From assembly GCF_006345805.1 (NCBI RefSeq), contig NC_042997.1:193068001-193132000 (forward strand): a stretch of DNA of 64,000 nucleotides, given 5' to 3'. This DNA comes from Octopus sinensis (Eukaryota). A model generated the notes under the pieces. It was not told where the DNA came from, did not search any database, and was given only the letters and a program-made list of their open reading frames with translations. The translations under genes were made by a program, and so were the position numbers. Numbering within the stretch: position 1 is the first letter of the stretch; the number at the start of each line of letters is the position of its first letter. Below, in pieces: positions 48,300-61,917 of the stretch.

Positions 48300-48900
48300 A
48301 AGAAGTACTGTGACCACACTTGGAATTTGCATCACCAATCTGGAAATCCTACCTTGCTCAGGACATTGACCTCCTGGAAACTGTTCAGAGATGTGCAACC
48401 AAGCGAATATCCTCCATCAAGCATTTACCATACTTTGAATGCCTTGCTTCCCTGGGCATAGATACAATGAAGCTCTGATGTCTGGCAACTGACTAAGTAA
48501 ACACCCACAAAATCATTAACCATTGCACCAACAACCACCTTGAGCACCTTTTTTGAGCTCCATGTGTCTAACACATGTGGGCATGCCTACAAAGTTAGGA
48601 AACAGCACAGCTCCTATGGCTTTCGGAAACATTTTTTCACACTCAGAGTTGCTGAAGCATGGAACAAACTACCTACATCAGTTGTTAGTCGCCCAGATAT
48701 TGCATCCTTTAAAATTTCCATGCTTCCTGAAATTCACCAACACTACACCTGATATCCCCTACCACCACCATACGATGCACACAAGTATATCATGACACTT
48801 ACACTGTTCACTTTCCTGACTTTTGTACATAATTCTATGTACTATACTTTTGATGAATTGTAGTACACCTGAGCATTGTACACAATAATAATTATTATTA
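48300..48900 (+). mobile_element. CR1-clade LINE 3' end with (ATT)n tail
   Basis: NTCGHAYKVRKQ...RKHFFTLRVAEAWNKLP, the same family as 24430-25110. Confidence 0.85.
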
Positions 48901-49266
48901 TCTCTATATATATAAACGGCAAAATGTCTCTGTGTGTGTGTCCTTTATACAAATCCACAATTTTTCAGTTAGTGGGTTCGCACTTTCTATGGTCATTCAA
49001 AACCGTCCAAGGGCGGTCGTGCACATATTTACATTTCCCCAGTCACCCTGCAAAGCCATTAAAAAATCAATAGAAGGGACTTTTTTGTGAATTTTCTATC
49101 CAAAACCCAATCAAAATGCCCGAAACTTGATACGCCAATTGAATGCCAGCTAGCTGTATGTGATTGGTCGGAGATTTGGACAGTACTCGCGTGTATGTGC
49201 GCACGCATGCAGCTGTATATGCATGCATTAGCACTATGACCTGGCGTTGCCAGGTCATAGTGCTAG
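48901..49266 (+). mobile_element. Non-autonomous Helitron, family H3
   Basis: A|TCTCTATATATATAAA 5' end and 3' hairpin AGCACTATGACCTGGC-GTT-GCCAGGTCATAGTGCT with terminal CTAG|T. Confidence 0.85.
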
Positions 49267-49298
<32 letters not shown>

Positions 49299-50390
49299 TT
49301 TATTTTTATTATTATTATTATCTGTTTGACTAGAACCCTTAAAGATGGTACCCCAGCATAACTGCAGTCCAATAGCAGAAACAAATAAAAAAAAAACATC
49401 CCTTCCACCTCCTCTGTTCTCTCTTTTCGTCAGTGTTACCATGTCCCACTCCTAGGGCTTGCACTCACTACTTAACTAAACTTTCTTGCAAGATATCACT
49501 TCTCTCTGGATTTTCCTTCCACCCACACATCAGCTCACACTCGTTATCAGATACCCTGAGGTCAAATCACATAAACCAATGCACTCTAGTGAATTCTGTT
49601 AAAATATATGTAACAAGGGGGACAGTAGTAATAACAATGATAATAGATATTATTAGTTATTTCACCACAGTTCAGTTCTAGTCAAATGAACCTAAAATTA
49701 AAGGTCTCCAAACTGTGACCATCCCATCCCATCTTTTTTTTTTTTTTTTTTGCAGGAATGATATCTCAAGGACCACATTATCCAATTTTACCTTTTTTTC
49801 AAAAACAGTAATACATGCTTTGAAGTAGATATAGCTGCTGTTTCTAGCAGGTTGAGTGAGTGAGAAAGAAGCTCCTTCATTAATTTAATAGCAGCACATA
49901 ATAATGAGAGAAACAGAAATACTAAACCATAGCATTATGTAGAAACAATATTATAGCTCAATTTTCATTAAAGAAATTTAATTAAAGTAATTGATAAGCA
50001 AGCTGCAATAGATTAATACAAGTTTAGTACGTCACTTTTCAGTGTGGGAACAATAAGTTGTAATCTGATTTTTGTTATAGCTTTGTTTCATGGGTGAAAT
50101 AAGTACTTTCTTAAATATTCCCACACATCAAATAACCGTGTGATTTTTATGTCTGTTCTTTCTGTGTTTTCATTCTTTTACTCTTTTGCGCTTTTATTCT
50201 TTTATTTGTTTCAGTCATTTGTCTGCGGCCATGCTGCAGCACCACCTTTAGTCGAGCAAATCGATCCCCAGGACTTATTCTTTGTAAGCTTAATACTTAT
50301 TCTATTGCTCTCTTTTGCCAAACTGCTAAGTTATTGCGATGTAAACACACCAGCATCAGTTGTCAAACAATGGTGGAGGGACAAACATGG

Positions 50391-50422
<32 letters not shown>

Positions 50423-50471
50423 ACACACATGCACATACATATATATATATAACAGGCTTCTTTCAGTTTCT

Positions 50472-50694
50472 TATTTCTTTATTGCCCACAAAGGGGCTTA
50501 ACATAGAGGGGACAAACAAGGACAGACAAAGGGATTAAGTAAACTCCAGTGCATAACTGGTACTTAATTTATCGACCCCAAAAGGATGAAAGGCAAAGTC
50601 GACCTCGGCGGAATTTGAACTCAGAATGTAACGGCAGACGAAATACCACTAAGCATTTCGCCTGGTGTGCTAACGTTTCCGCCAGCTTGCCACC
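50472..50694 (-). mobile_element. SINE A inserted inside a SINE B (50170-50860)
   Basis: 19-bp TSD CAGGC(T/C)TCTTTCAGTTTCT at 50453-50471 and 50701-50719. Confidence 0.85.
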
Positions 50695-51659
50695 TTTTTT
50701 CAGGCCTCTTTCAGTTTCTGCCTACCAAATCCACTCACAAATCTCTGGTCGGCCCGAGGCTATAGTAGAAGACACTTGCCCAAGGTACCACTCGGTGGGA
50801 TTGAACCCGGAACCATATGGTTGGTAAGCAAGCTACTTACCACACAGCCACTCCTGCACCTGTATATTGTTTACAAATAAGCTTCATTCTAATCCTCAAA
50901 AATGTGTGGTGTTATGCCTAAGAATATTTGAAATTATTGTAAGGCGATGAACTGACGGGATCATTTCCACACTGGACAAAACACCTGACAGCATTTCTTC
51001 TGACTTTATGTTCTGAGTTCAAATGTTGCCAGGGTTGACTTTGGGTTTAATAAAATAAAGTACCAGCTGACCACTGGGATTGATATAATCGAATTAGTCC
51101 TTCCCTGAAATTGCTGGCCTTGTGTCAAAATTTGAAATCGGTATTGGAAATTACTGTTATTATTTAGGAGAGTAAAGCAATGAGCTGGCCGAATCATTAG
51201 CACGCCGGGCTAAATGCTTTACAGCATTTCAGCTGTCCTTACATTCTGAGTTCAAATTCCACCAAAGTTGACTTTGCTTTTTATCCTTTCAGGGTTGATA
51301 AATTAAGTACCAGTGGAACACTGGGAGTTGATGTAATCGACTAGTCTACCTCCCACCAAAATTTCAGGTCTTGTGTCTATGATAGAAAGGGTTATTAAGG
51401 AGAGTAAATGTGGTGAGCTGACAGAATTGTTAAAAGACAGGGTAAAATGCTTAGCAGGATCTTGTCCATCTTGTTGTTCTGTGTTCAGTTTTCACTGAGG
51501 TTCATTTTGTCTTTCTTACTTTCGGGGTTGATAAATTAAATGCCATTTGAGTACTAGGGGTGATGAAATTGACTTACCCCTTCACGTAAAATTGCTGGCC
51601 TTGTGCCACAATTTTAAACCATCTATTAAGGAGAATGATAAACCAGTGAATACCATTCA

Positions 51660-52689
51660 AGCGTAGGTTGATGCCAATGCCACCTGATTGGCTCCTTGTG
51701 CCGGTGGCACATAGAAAGCACCATCCAAATGTGATCAATGCCAGTCCCCCGCCAACTGGCTCCTGTGTCAGTGGAATGTAAAAAGCACCATCTGAATGTG
51801 GATGATGCCAATTCTGTCTGACTGGCTCCTGTGCTGGTGGCACGTAAATGCACGCACTACACTCTTGGAGTGGTTGGCATTAGGAAGGGCATCCAGCCAT
51901 AGAAACCTTGCCAGATCTAGGGCGGCAAACTGGCAGAATCGTTAGCACGCCAAGTGAAATGCTTGGTGGTATTTCATCTGCCGCTATGTTCTGAGTTCAA
52001 ATTCCGCCGAGGTTGACTTTGCCTTTCATCCTTTTGGGGTTGATTAAATAAGTACCAGTTATGCACTGAGGTCGATATAATCGACTTAATCCATTGGCTT
52101 GTCCCCTCTGTGTGTAGCCCCTTGTGGGCAATAAAGAAATAAGAAACCTTGCCAGATCAGATTGGAGCTTGACACAGCCTACTGGCTTGCCAGTCTCCCA
52201 GTCAAACCGTCAAACCCATGCCAGCATGGAAAGCAGACATTAAACAACGATGATGATAGTAGAATCATTAGAACCTCAAGAAAAAAGATGCTTTGTAATA
52301 TTTGTTCCACACACAAAAACACATATATACATACATATACACACACACATACATATATATATATCAACATCAATGGAATTTGTAGTTGTGATACCAGTGC
52401 CGGTGGCATGTAAGAGAACCATCCAAACGTGGCCACAGCCAGTGCCGGTGGCACGTAAAAAGCACCATCTGAGCGTGGCCGTTCGCCAGCCTCGTCTGTG
52501 TAAAAACCTGAGTAAAAAGCACCCACTACACCCACGGAGTGGTTGGCGTTAGGAAGGGCATCCAGCTGTAGAAACTTTGCCAGATCTGACTGGCCTGGTG
52601 CAGCCTCCTGGCTTCCCAGACCCCGGTCGAACCGTCCAACCTGTGCTAGCGCGGAAAACGGACGTTAAACGATGATGATGATGATGATG

Positions 52690-52728
<39 letters not shown>

Positions 52729-52955
52729 GCGGCAAGCTGGCAGATACGTTAGCAAGCCAAGCGAAATGCTTAGCGGTATTTCATCTGCTGTTACGTTCTA
52801 AGTTCAAATTCCTCCGAGATCAACTTTGCTTTCCATCTTTTCGGGGTCGATAAATAAAGTACCAGTGACGCACTGGGGTCGATGTAATCGACTTAATCCC
52901 TTTGTCTGTCCTTGTTTGTCCCCTCTGTGTTTAGCCCCTTGTGGGAAATAAAGAA
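51660..52955 (+). mobile_element. Interleaved RTE 3' UTR fragments and SINE A copies
   Basis: An RTE UTR is split by SINE A at about 51920-52143. A second UTR lies at 52390-52690 and another SINE A at 52727-52955. Confidence 0.75.
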
Positions 52956-55809
52956 ATATATATATATATACACACACACATGGATAAATATATAAAAGAT
53001 ATTGATTGGCCAGGAGGCTATAGTAGAAGATACTTGCCCAAGGAACTGTACAGTAAGTCTAAACCCAAAACCACATTGTTAGTTGTGAAGCAAACTTCCA
53101 AACTACACTGCCATGCCTGTCCTTCATTCGAGCACAAAAGAGAGAGAGAGAGAGAAGAAGACTATTGCAATGCCTTAGTTGCCTGCTTGTAAAAGCAATC
53201 AATAGGGCAGATGCCACGATGTCTCCTCAATTTCAAAGTGTAGTTTGGATTGTAGATTAGTGTTGCGTTCACTTGACTTCATTAAATGAAAGATTATAAA
53301 GACAGCTGGGGGAAAGAAAGAAGAAAAGAAAATCAATATATGAAGCTACACCTTCTTTTGATAATGATAGCAAAGAGATATGATCTGGCTTGTAGGATGT
53401 CACTTAAGTGAATGTGACAGGTCTTTAGTTGATCAACATTGCATATTTTATGAATGAACAACAAGAAACTGGAGACAGGTGGTAAATTAAAAGTAGACAG
53501 GGGTGGTAGTAGTAGTAGTGGCGGTGGTGGTAGTGGTGGTAGTAGTAGTGGTGGTGGTGGTGGTGGTAGTTGTCGTAGTAGTAGTAGTAAAAAAAGTTCT
53601 ATTTTCTGCTTTGGAAAAAGAGAACTGGTCTCAACTAATTCTAAATTGATTTTAGTTCTTAAAGATACGTCAACTTTTGAACAAAACAATGAAGTCCTTT
53701 AGATATTTCATCTTGTAATCTAAACATATTCAAAATTCAGTACAATCCTTTCATAAGAAATTATTGTGACAAACATCTCTCGGCTTCAAAATGACAGATT
53801 CATTACTTTTTACCTTTGGTGCAATGACTCTTGCTGTTGTAAATGGTTCTAAGCAAGGCAAAGCTATTAATAACAATTCCATAATATTGGCAATTAGAGA
53901 AGTTGTTAGAATGCTTGCAGCATTAACATTTGTTCTGATGCTTGGCACTTCAAGTTCTAATCCCACTGAAGTTGAATTTGCCTTTTATTCTTTAAGGGTT
54001 TATAAAAGAGTACCAATCCATAGCTGTGGGTTGGTGGAAGTGTAGGGAACATCAGACCAAATGCTTTGTGATATTTGTCCCTACATGTTCTATTTTGAGT
54101 TCAAATTCTGTCATAGCTTCCCTGGGTGGTTGTTTCAATTTGTTACTCAGTTTAATGCTAACCATTTCACCCGGCATGCTAACATTTCTGCCAGCTCCCT
54201 GCCTTATATGGCCCAAATATTGTATGAGTTTCAACTGGCCACATTCAACCCTTCATATCTAACCTACAATGTTATTCTAAAAATAAACAATCACATCATC
54301 AAAATTTCAAAGCTATGAGATAGCGCAGGATCAATTCAAAGCAATGCAAATAAATAAGCATTACAATAGACAGAATAATCTGAATGCTAAAGGATTAAGA
54401 AATTTTGGTATGGATTAGGGCCAAATGATTTCTATTTTGTGATGAGTGGTCAGTCTACACCTATCCACCACTACAGGTTTATTGCTTTAAGTTTATAGTG
54501 TGTGTGTGTGTGTGCATATACACACACACACACACATACATACATACACACATGCGTATGTACGTACATACATACATGCATACATACATACATACACACA
54601 TACATACATACATATATATAACGAATTAACTGTTACTTTCTCAGATGCAGCACAGTGAACAGGTCGCGGTCTTAAAACGACGAAAATATTTTGACAAATT
54701 AAACTTAAATGTTGAAGTGAATTGAACGGCTTTTGTGTGTTTCTTAAATGGCTTACAAACACCTACCACGCTGCAATTGATTTCTATTTTCCTTGATCTT
54801 TAATGAACATACTCCATTTCATGGACAAAAAATGTATATACTTTAAATTAAAATAATACTGATGTTGTCAATAATTACATTAGGCTAATTAAAATTTGGG
54901 TTTTAAAACTTACATAATTAATAAGAGTGAAAATTGTTTTTCTTTTCATATAGAATTTGAACCATAGGTAATTAAAGTAATTAAAGAAATTAAATTGATT
55001 AATTAATTAATGGATGAATGGATGGATGGATGGGTGGATGGACGGACGGATGTTTAGTGATAATGGCATGGTAAAATGCATTCGGTCCATACTTTTTGGA
55101 GCATAAACTATAGAAATATGAAGGACGTCAATGATAAAAAATTAAATTGAAAAAGAAAACAATAGAGCTGTGAACTCTGCAAGATACCAGCAGCTTTGGA
55201 AAGCAGTAACTCTGAAGCAAAATAGATGTAAGGAAGATAGGTTTCTTTAACCCTGCTACAGAAAGCCTCTCTAGTAGTGGTGGTAAAGTAGTAAAATGCA
55301 CTCAATCCATGCTGTAAAGTAGTTGATGTTAGGAAAGGCATTCAACCCTAAAACGCGTAACGTGTATTGAAAAAGATAAGCAATTTTCTCTGCTATTGTG
55401 TGGGCCCAGATGAGAAAGGACTGTGACAGGTAGTGGGGTGTGATGTGATCTGTACAAATTATGCTAGGCATGGCTGTGTAGTTAAAATCCTTGTTTCCTG
55501 ACCATGTGGTCTTAAGTTCAGTCTCACTGTACGGCAGCACCTTGGGCAAAAGACTCTTCTACCATAACCCTAGGTCAACCAAATCCTTATGAGTAGGTTT
55601 GTAGACAGAAACTGAAAGAAGCTCATTGTGTGTGTATATAATCATCATCATCATCGTTTAATGTCCGGTTTCCATGCTGGCATGGGTTGGACAGTTTGAC
55701 TGGGGACTGGCATCGACCACGTTCGGATGGTGCTTTTTACATGCCACCAGTCAGGTGACACATACATACATACATATATATATATATACATACATACACA
55801 CACACACAC

Positions 55810-55864
<55 letters not shown>

Positions 55865-56659
55865 ATACATATATATATATATCATCATAATTGTTTAACA
55901 TCCATTTTGCATGCTGGCATGGCTTGGATGGTTTGACATGAAGGTGGACAGCTCCCAGCTGTCCAGACTTCAATCGCCTGCTGAGGTATTGTTTCTATGG
56001 CAGGATGCCTTTCCCAATGTACATGGATAGCTATGTATCTCCTTTACAGCAGTACACCTGTTTCTGTCCTCATTTTCTCTCTCTCTCAGGCTGGGTAACT
56101 ATGTACCTCCCCTACAGCAAGACACCCGTTTCTGGCTTTCTGTGACACACTAACCTTTCATCATCTGACACAAGAGCACCTCCCCAATGCCCCCTCCCCT
56201 CTCATCGGATTTTTGTCTTGCAAGTTACTTGGTGACCCTGCCAGTGCTGGTGCCACCTAAAAAGCATCCTGTCCACAGTGTAAAGTGGTTGGTATTTGAA
56301 GACCATGCCAAACTGACCTTGCCTGTGCTTGTGCCACATAAAAAAGCACTCAGGCCACTCTTCAGAGTGGTTGGTGTTAACAAGGGCATCCAGCTATAAA
56401 AACAGACACAGAAGTCTGGTGCAGGCTCCTATCTGGTCGGCTCCTGTCAAACCGTCCCACCTATGCCAGCATAGAAGGAAGACATTAAACGATGATGATG
56501 ATGATATATATATATATATATTGAAGCCTGGTGCAGCCATCTGGTTTGCCAGCCCTCAGTCAAATCGTCCACCCATGCTAGCTTGGAAAGTGGACATTAA
56601 ACGATGATGATGATATGTGTGTGTGTGTGTGTATGTGTGTGTGTGTGTGTGTGTATGTA

Positions 56660-57900
56660 TACTGGGTAATCTCATGGATAATGCATTTTTTTTTATTCTT
56701 CTTTTATTTTTCAAAATTAAGATAAAGTTATTTTCTAATGTAAAATATGCTCTCCTTCATTTTCTACAATGCTCTTCTATCTATCTGGTAGTCTTGCAAG
56801 GTTCCTCTTCCAAAATTCACTTGTCCATGACAAAAAATACTCCTCCAGTACTGTTCTGGCCTCATCTACAGAATTCATATTTTTTCCATCCAAATGATTT
56901 TGAAGACTGTGGAATAAATCACAATCAGATGGGGCAATGTCCAGCGAATATGGTAGGTGGAGCATCGTTTCCCATTCAGACTGCTCAGCCTTTGGAATGT
57001 TATCCTCGCTGTATGTGACCGAGCATTATCCTGATTGAAGAACACCTTTTGTCTTGAAACCAAAGATGGTCGTTTTTCTTCTAGCGCTGACTTAAGCCAC
57101 TCACAGTAGATCTACTTTGTTATTGTTTGGTTTGGGTTTAAATTTTCAAAGTGGACTAAACCTTTCATATCCCACCAAACAGATAACAACACTTTACATG
57201 GATGAAGACCTTCTTTAGCTTGGAGTGCCAGTGTTTCTCCATTCCCCACCCACTGCCTTCAGCACTTGACATTTTTATAGAGAATCCATTTCTTGTCACC
57301 GGTCACTATTCTGTCCAAAAGAAGTTCATTTGTGAGATGTAACAGCAAAGAAGAGCACACATTCACTCTCTGCATGCGATTGACTCAATTTTCTGACTTT
57401 CCTGATGGCATGCAAGTGTCAATGAATGATTGAATGACCAAACCCAAGCTTCTCTGCTAGTTCCTCAACAGTTACAATGGAAGTTTGTTCTACCAGGGTT
57501 TGCAGGACGTCCTCGTTGAGCTCTACAGATCTTCCAGGACGGGGCTCGTTTTCTAGGCTGCGGTTTGTGGCTTGGAATTTCTGGAACCACCATTGACACT
57601 GGCTTACACTTATTGTCCAATCCCCATATACTGCATTAATATTCCTCACACTTTCTGTTGCATTGTTACCTTTATTGAACTCAAAGCAAAATATGCTGAA
57701 TATGCTCCTTTGTCACTTCTATTATAGCTTTGAAAAAATATTGTTAAAATCGAACCGCACTCTTCAAAATTTGCACTAAGAATTAAGTAAAATCACAACC
57801 TGCTTTTATAGCAAGTTGATGCAGGTAGTTTATCCTATTCCCCTCTGACTTTTAGTTCATGTGATTGAAAAAAACGCATTATTTATGGGATGACCCAATA
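56660..57900 (-). mobile_element. Full-length but decayed mariner element (1241 bp)
   Basis: TA flanks and diverged TIRs (TACTGGGTAATCTCATGGATAATGC vs TATTGGGTCATCCCATAAATAATGC). HTH, QDNARSH and PYSLDIAPSD motifs lie in broken frames. Confidence 0.9.
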
Positions 57901-58589
57901 TATATATATATATATATATATGTATCTGTGTGTGTGTGCCCTTGTCTAGACATCATGTAATGGTTGTAAGTGAGCATTTTTGTTATACAAGCAATGCTGT
58001 TCCTTTCCAGTCTTCCATGAAAGACATGTCTGGCCATGGGAAATATGGGTGAAAATGCATCTGATAAAACTAAACTACAGAAAATGTGTGAAAAATAATA
58101 TAAAAGTAGTTAGTTAAAGCTTGCGAAGATACATCTGGCATTTAAGATGAGACAAGATTCAAATCTATGGACAGACATTATGATTCCAACATGCTAAACC
58201 AACATCAACATGGACATGTGAATGCAAACATTTTAGTGATGGAAATGAAGACATTGTTAAAGAAAGTGAAGATAAAAACGTGTTGATCGTAAATAATTTA
58301 ATGAAGTAAAAACAAAACGATAACAGACAAGTAAAAGTGTCGATATCACAGAAATGTTATCAGAACATGGTTTAAAGCATTGCTCTAATGACACTTTGCT
58401 GAGAGACAGAAGCAAGTAAAGTACCATTTTGTGCCCAGAAACGTCCTGTATTAAAGCCTGTTCCATCACCTGTAATTAGACAAAAGCACAATGAAAAGAA
58501 ATTTTAAAAATAACCTATCTGCAAGTTTGCCTGCATTTACAGAAAAAGAAAACAAATTAAATCCTATTTATTTGCAGAATGGTATTTAT

Positions 58590-59175
58590 GAACCTCAAGG
58601 CAGCAATGTTGTTGTTTGTTCCTTCTCGAGCCATGCCTGGCTCATAAGGGCCGGTTTCCTGGTTTCTTGGCGTATATGTTCCCCACCTGGACGGGACGCC
58701 GGTCCGTCGCAGGTGAACTGCAAGATGCAGGAGGAAAGAGGGAGAGAAACTTGTGGCGAAATAGTCAGCAGAAGTTTGCCATTACCTTCTGCTGCAGCCG
58801 TGTGGAGCTTAGGTGTTTCGCTCATAGACACACACATCACCTGGTCTGAAATTCGAACCCGCAATCCCTCAACCGCGAGTCCGCTGTTCTAACCACTAGG
58901 CCAAGTGCCTCCACAAGGCGGCAATGGTATTTATGAACCTAAAGGCAGCAAGCTGGCAGAATCGTTAGCGCTCCGGGCGAAATGCGTAGCTGTATTTCGT
59001 CTGCCGTTACATTCTGAGTTCAAATTCTGCCGAGGTCGACTTCGCCTTTCATCCTTTCGGTGCCGATTAAATAAGTACCAGTTATGCACTGGGGTCAATA
59101 TAATCGACTTAATCCCTTTGTCTGTCCTTGTTTGTCCCCTCTGTATCTAGCCCCTTGTGGGTAGTAAAGAAATAG
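58590..59175. mobile_element. SINE D (-, 58590-58917) back to back with SINE A (+, about 58940-59175)
   Basis: Homology to the families above. Confidence 0.8.
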
Positions 59176-59229
59176 GTATTTATGAACCCCAGAAAAATGG
59201 AAGGTGATATTTGAACTCAGAATGTTTAA

Positions 59230-59448
59230 CTCTTTAGCAATTGAACTGGCCATATTCGTCTAAAATAGATTAACTGCTTTATCAACAAATCAGCCAGATC
59301 TGGCTTTCACACCTAACCTACAATGTCATTTTAAAAATAAACAATCACGTCATTGAAATCTCAAAGCTATGAAACATTGCATGATCAATTCAAAACAATG
59401 TGAATAAATAAGCATTACATTTCATGAAGTAATCTGAATGCTAAAGGG
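59230..59448. mobile_element. piggyBac-like MITE
   Basis: TTAA|CTCTTTAGCA ... TGCTAAAGGG|TTAA. Confidence 0.75.
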
Positions 59449-59529
59449 TTAAGATGTAACTAAATAACTAGATGCTGCAAGGTCATTTGTCTATGCTTTA
59501 CTGTTGCTGTTACTCCACTATATTTCCAT

Positions 59530-59932
59530 CTCTTTTACTCTTTTACTTGTTTCAGTCATTTGACTGTGGCCATGCTGGAGCACCACCTTTAGTCGAGCAA
59601 ATCGACCCTAGGACTTATTTTTTGTAAGCCTAGTACTTATTCTATCGGTCTCTTTTGCCGAACCGCTAAGTTACGGGGACGTAAACACACCAGCATCGGT
59701 TGTCAAGCGATGTTGGGGGGGGGGGGGGAACAAACACAAACACGCAAACATATACACACACATACATACAACGGGCTACTTTCAGTTTCTGTCTACCAAA
59801 TCCACTCACAAGGCTTTGGGCAGCCCGTGGCTATAGTAAAAGACACTTGCCCAAGGTGCCACATAGTGGGACCGAACCTGGAACCATGTGGTTCGTAAGC
59901 AAGCTACTTACCACACAGCCACTCCTACACCT
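59530..59932 (-). mobile_element. SINE family B, full length
   Basis: Homologous to 62613-63005. Confidence 0.85.
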
Positions 59933-60829
59933 ATCTGGGTAAATAATGATTTCTTTTGAGGTTTCAGATTTATAAGAGAAGAGAGAGAAATGAATAATTG
60001 TCATACAATGAGGACTTTTCCAAAGGCATTAATGAGAAAAGTGAAGTGAAATAGTTTCAACTGATAACCCACATCAGATTATAAACAGTTCACTAGGAGC
60101 TTACTGTTTCCACATTTGAAAATGTGCAGGGTCAATTATGTGCAAGAAAAACTTCAGTTGATCAAATTAGAACTGATATATTGGTTTCAAATTTTAGCAC
60201 AAGGCTAGTAATTTTGGGGTGGGGTAAGTAAGTCAGTTACACTGACCCCAGTGCTCAACTGGCACTTAATTTATTAACCCTGAAAGAATGAAAGACAGAA
60301 TTGATATATTGCAAAAGTTTGCATCAACTCTAAAGAAATGATCAATATATAGGCAGCAAAGTTAAAGTATCAGATAACCAACTATCAGATAACCACACTA
60401 TCACTGCTTTGTGTCTATGGTCATGACACTGTAACATTTACTAGAAATAGATGAATATTTTATTCACTTAAAGCACTGAATTCAGTTTTGCTGTGGGTCT
60501 GGAGAAGGTATTGAGAAACAGTAAGCCACTATTTCAGTGCATTTTCCCTACATAAACACCAAACCTCTTAGAGAGAGGTAAAACAAATGTAGCAGGATCT
60601 GACGAAAGCAAAGTAATTGTCGTAAACTAACTAGTTTGGCTGTCGGCCAGCCATTTTATAGCATCTTTACCTAGTTGCATGTGCTAAATGATAAATGAAA
60701 CAAGTAGCATAGTTGCAGAATATTTAATACTAGCAGGACCCATGGAAATCCCACGGTATAAGTCAGCACATTTGAAAACATTATGTTAGTATATTGAACA
60801 CAAGCAAGGAATTTCAAAAAGTTTTCTGA

Positions 60830-61040
60830 TATCCAACCATTTAATAAGGCATTATTTAAATAACGGGAAGCTTTATGAAAATAAACAAAAGACGAAGGCA
60901 GGTGGAATACAAACAAACAATTGTATTAGTATGGCGCTCAGGAATATAAATAAAACAAGTCTTTTACGTTTCGAGCCTACGCTCTTCAACAGAAAGATAC
61001 ACAGAAAAGAAACACGGAAAGAAACAAGGAGAGAAAAAAA
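60830..61040 (-). mobile_element. Putative Penelope-like element end
   Basis: The minus strand contains CTGTTGA-A-GAGC-GTAG-GCTC-GAAAC-GTA. Confidence 0.5.
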
Positions 61041-61509
61041 ATACCTCATTGTAATATGTTTGACAGATATGATGTGGTTTATAGTTTAAGGAAATAAAAG
61101 ACAAATTAAGACGATAAAACTTGTTCATATATATTGACTAAATGTCTATTATTTACAATTTTGTTAAATGTTTATCCTTGTGGAAGCAATATGATGATGA
61201 TAACGTCTTGCTCCAGTCTGGTCCAAAACTGTTGGTGTTGATATTTAGCTTCAAGTCAGTCTTGAGATAGAGGAGACCCATGACCAAAGCTATTCCAGCC
61301 CTGACTATCTTCTCTATTTCAGACACGGTATATCTAGGACAACATTATTCAATGTGCACTTCCTTTTTAAAGACAGTACAAATTAATTTAAAAGATTAAG
61401 CTACTGCTTCTAACAGGCCAAGCAGTGCCTTTGTTGCATCATTGTTGTTGTTGCTGCTGTTGCTGCTGAGTGAACAGTCTTCGTCTCAGAGCTCACAAGA
61501 TGGGAGAAG

Positions 61510-61838
61510 TCTGAAACGTGGTCCTTTGCTATTCGTAAGACCCGTAGAAGTGAAAGCAGGTCAACCCCCCCGATACCGAGAGCATCGACGGATGGATGAA
61601 TGCGCATCCAGGCTCAGCGGTTGCGTAGGAAGTCGGGGACAAGAAACAAGAAGAAAGAGTGAGAGAAAGTTGGGGCGAAAGAGTACAACAGGGGTCACCA
61701 CCCCCCACTGCCGGAGCCTCGTGGAGCTTTAGGTGTTTTCGTTCAATAAACACACACAACGCCCAGTCTGGGAATCGAAACCGCGATCCTCCGACCGCGC
61801 GTCCGCTGCCCTAACCACTGGGCCATTGCGCCTCCACT
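61510..61838 (-). mobile_element. SINE family D
   Basis: The head GGAGGCGCAATGGCCCAGTGGTTAGGGCAG is on the minus strand. Confidence 0.8.
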
Positions 61839-61917
61839 TGCTGCTGCTGCTGCTGTTGTGTTTGTTCCCTGTATTGGCTATGATCCATGCTTTTCCATCT
61901 TTGACCATCCTGATTGT

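Noticed and set aside
53454-53702. Gly/Ser-rich and Pro/Leu-rich ORFs on both strands
   Set aside because: They are explained by a (GGT)/(AGT)n trinucleotide tract, with no splice or homology support.
58140-58470. Coding-looking purine-rich segment (also 53730-53880, 55140-55210, 63040-63160)
   Set aside because: There are stops in all long frames or weak acceptors, no recognisable homology, and no consistent exon chain could be built.
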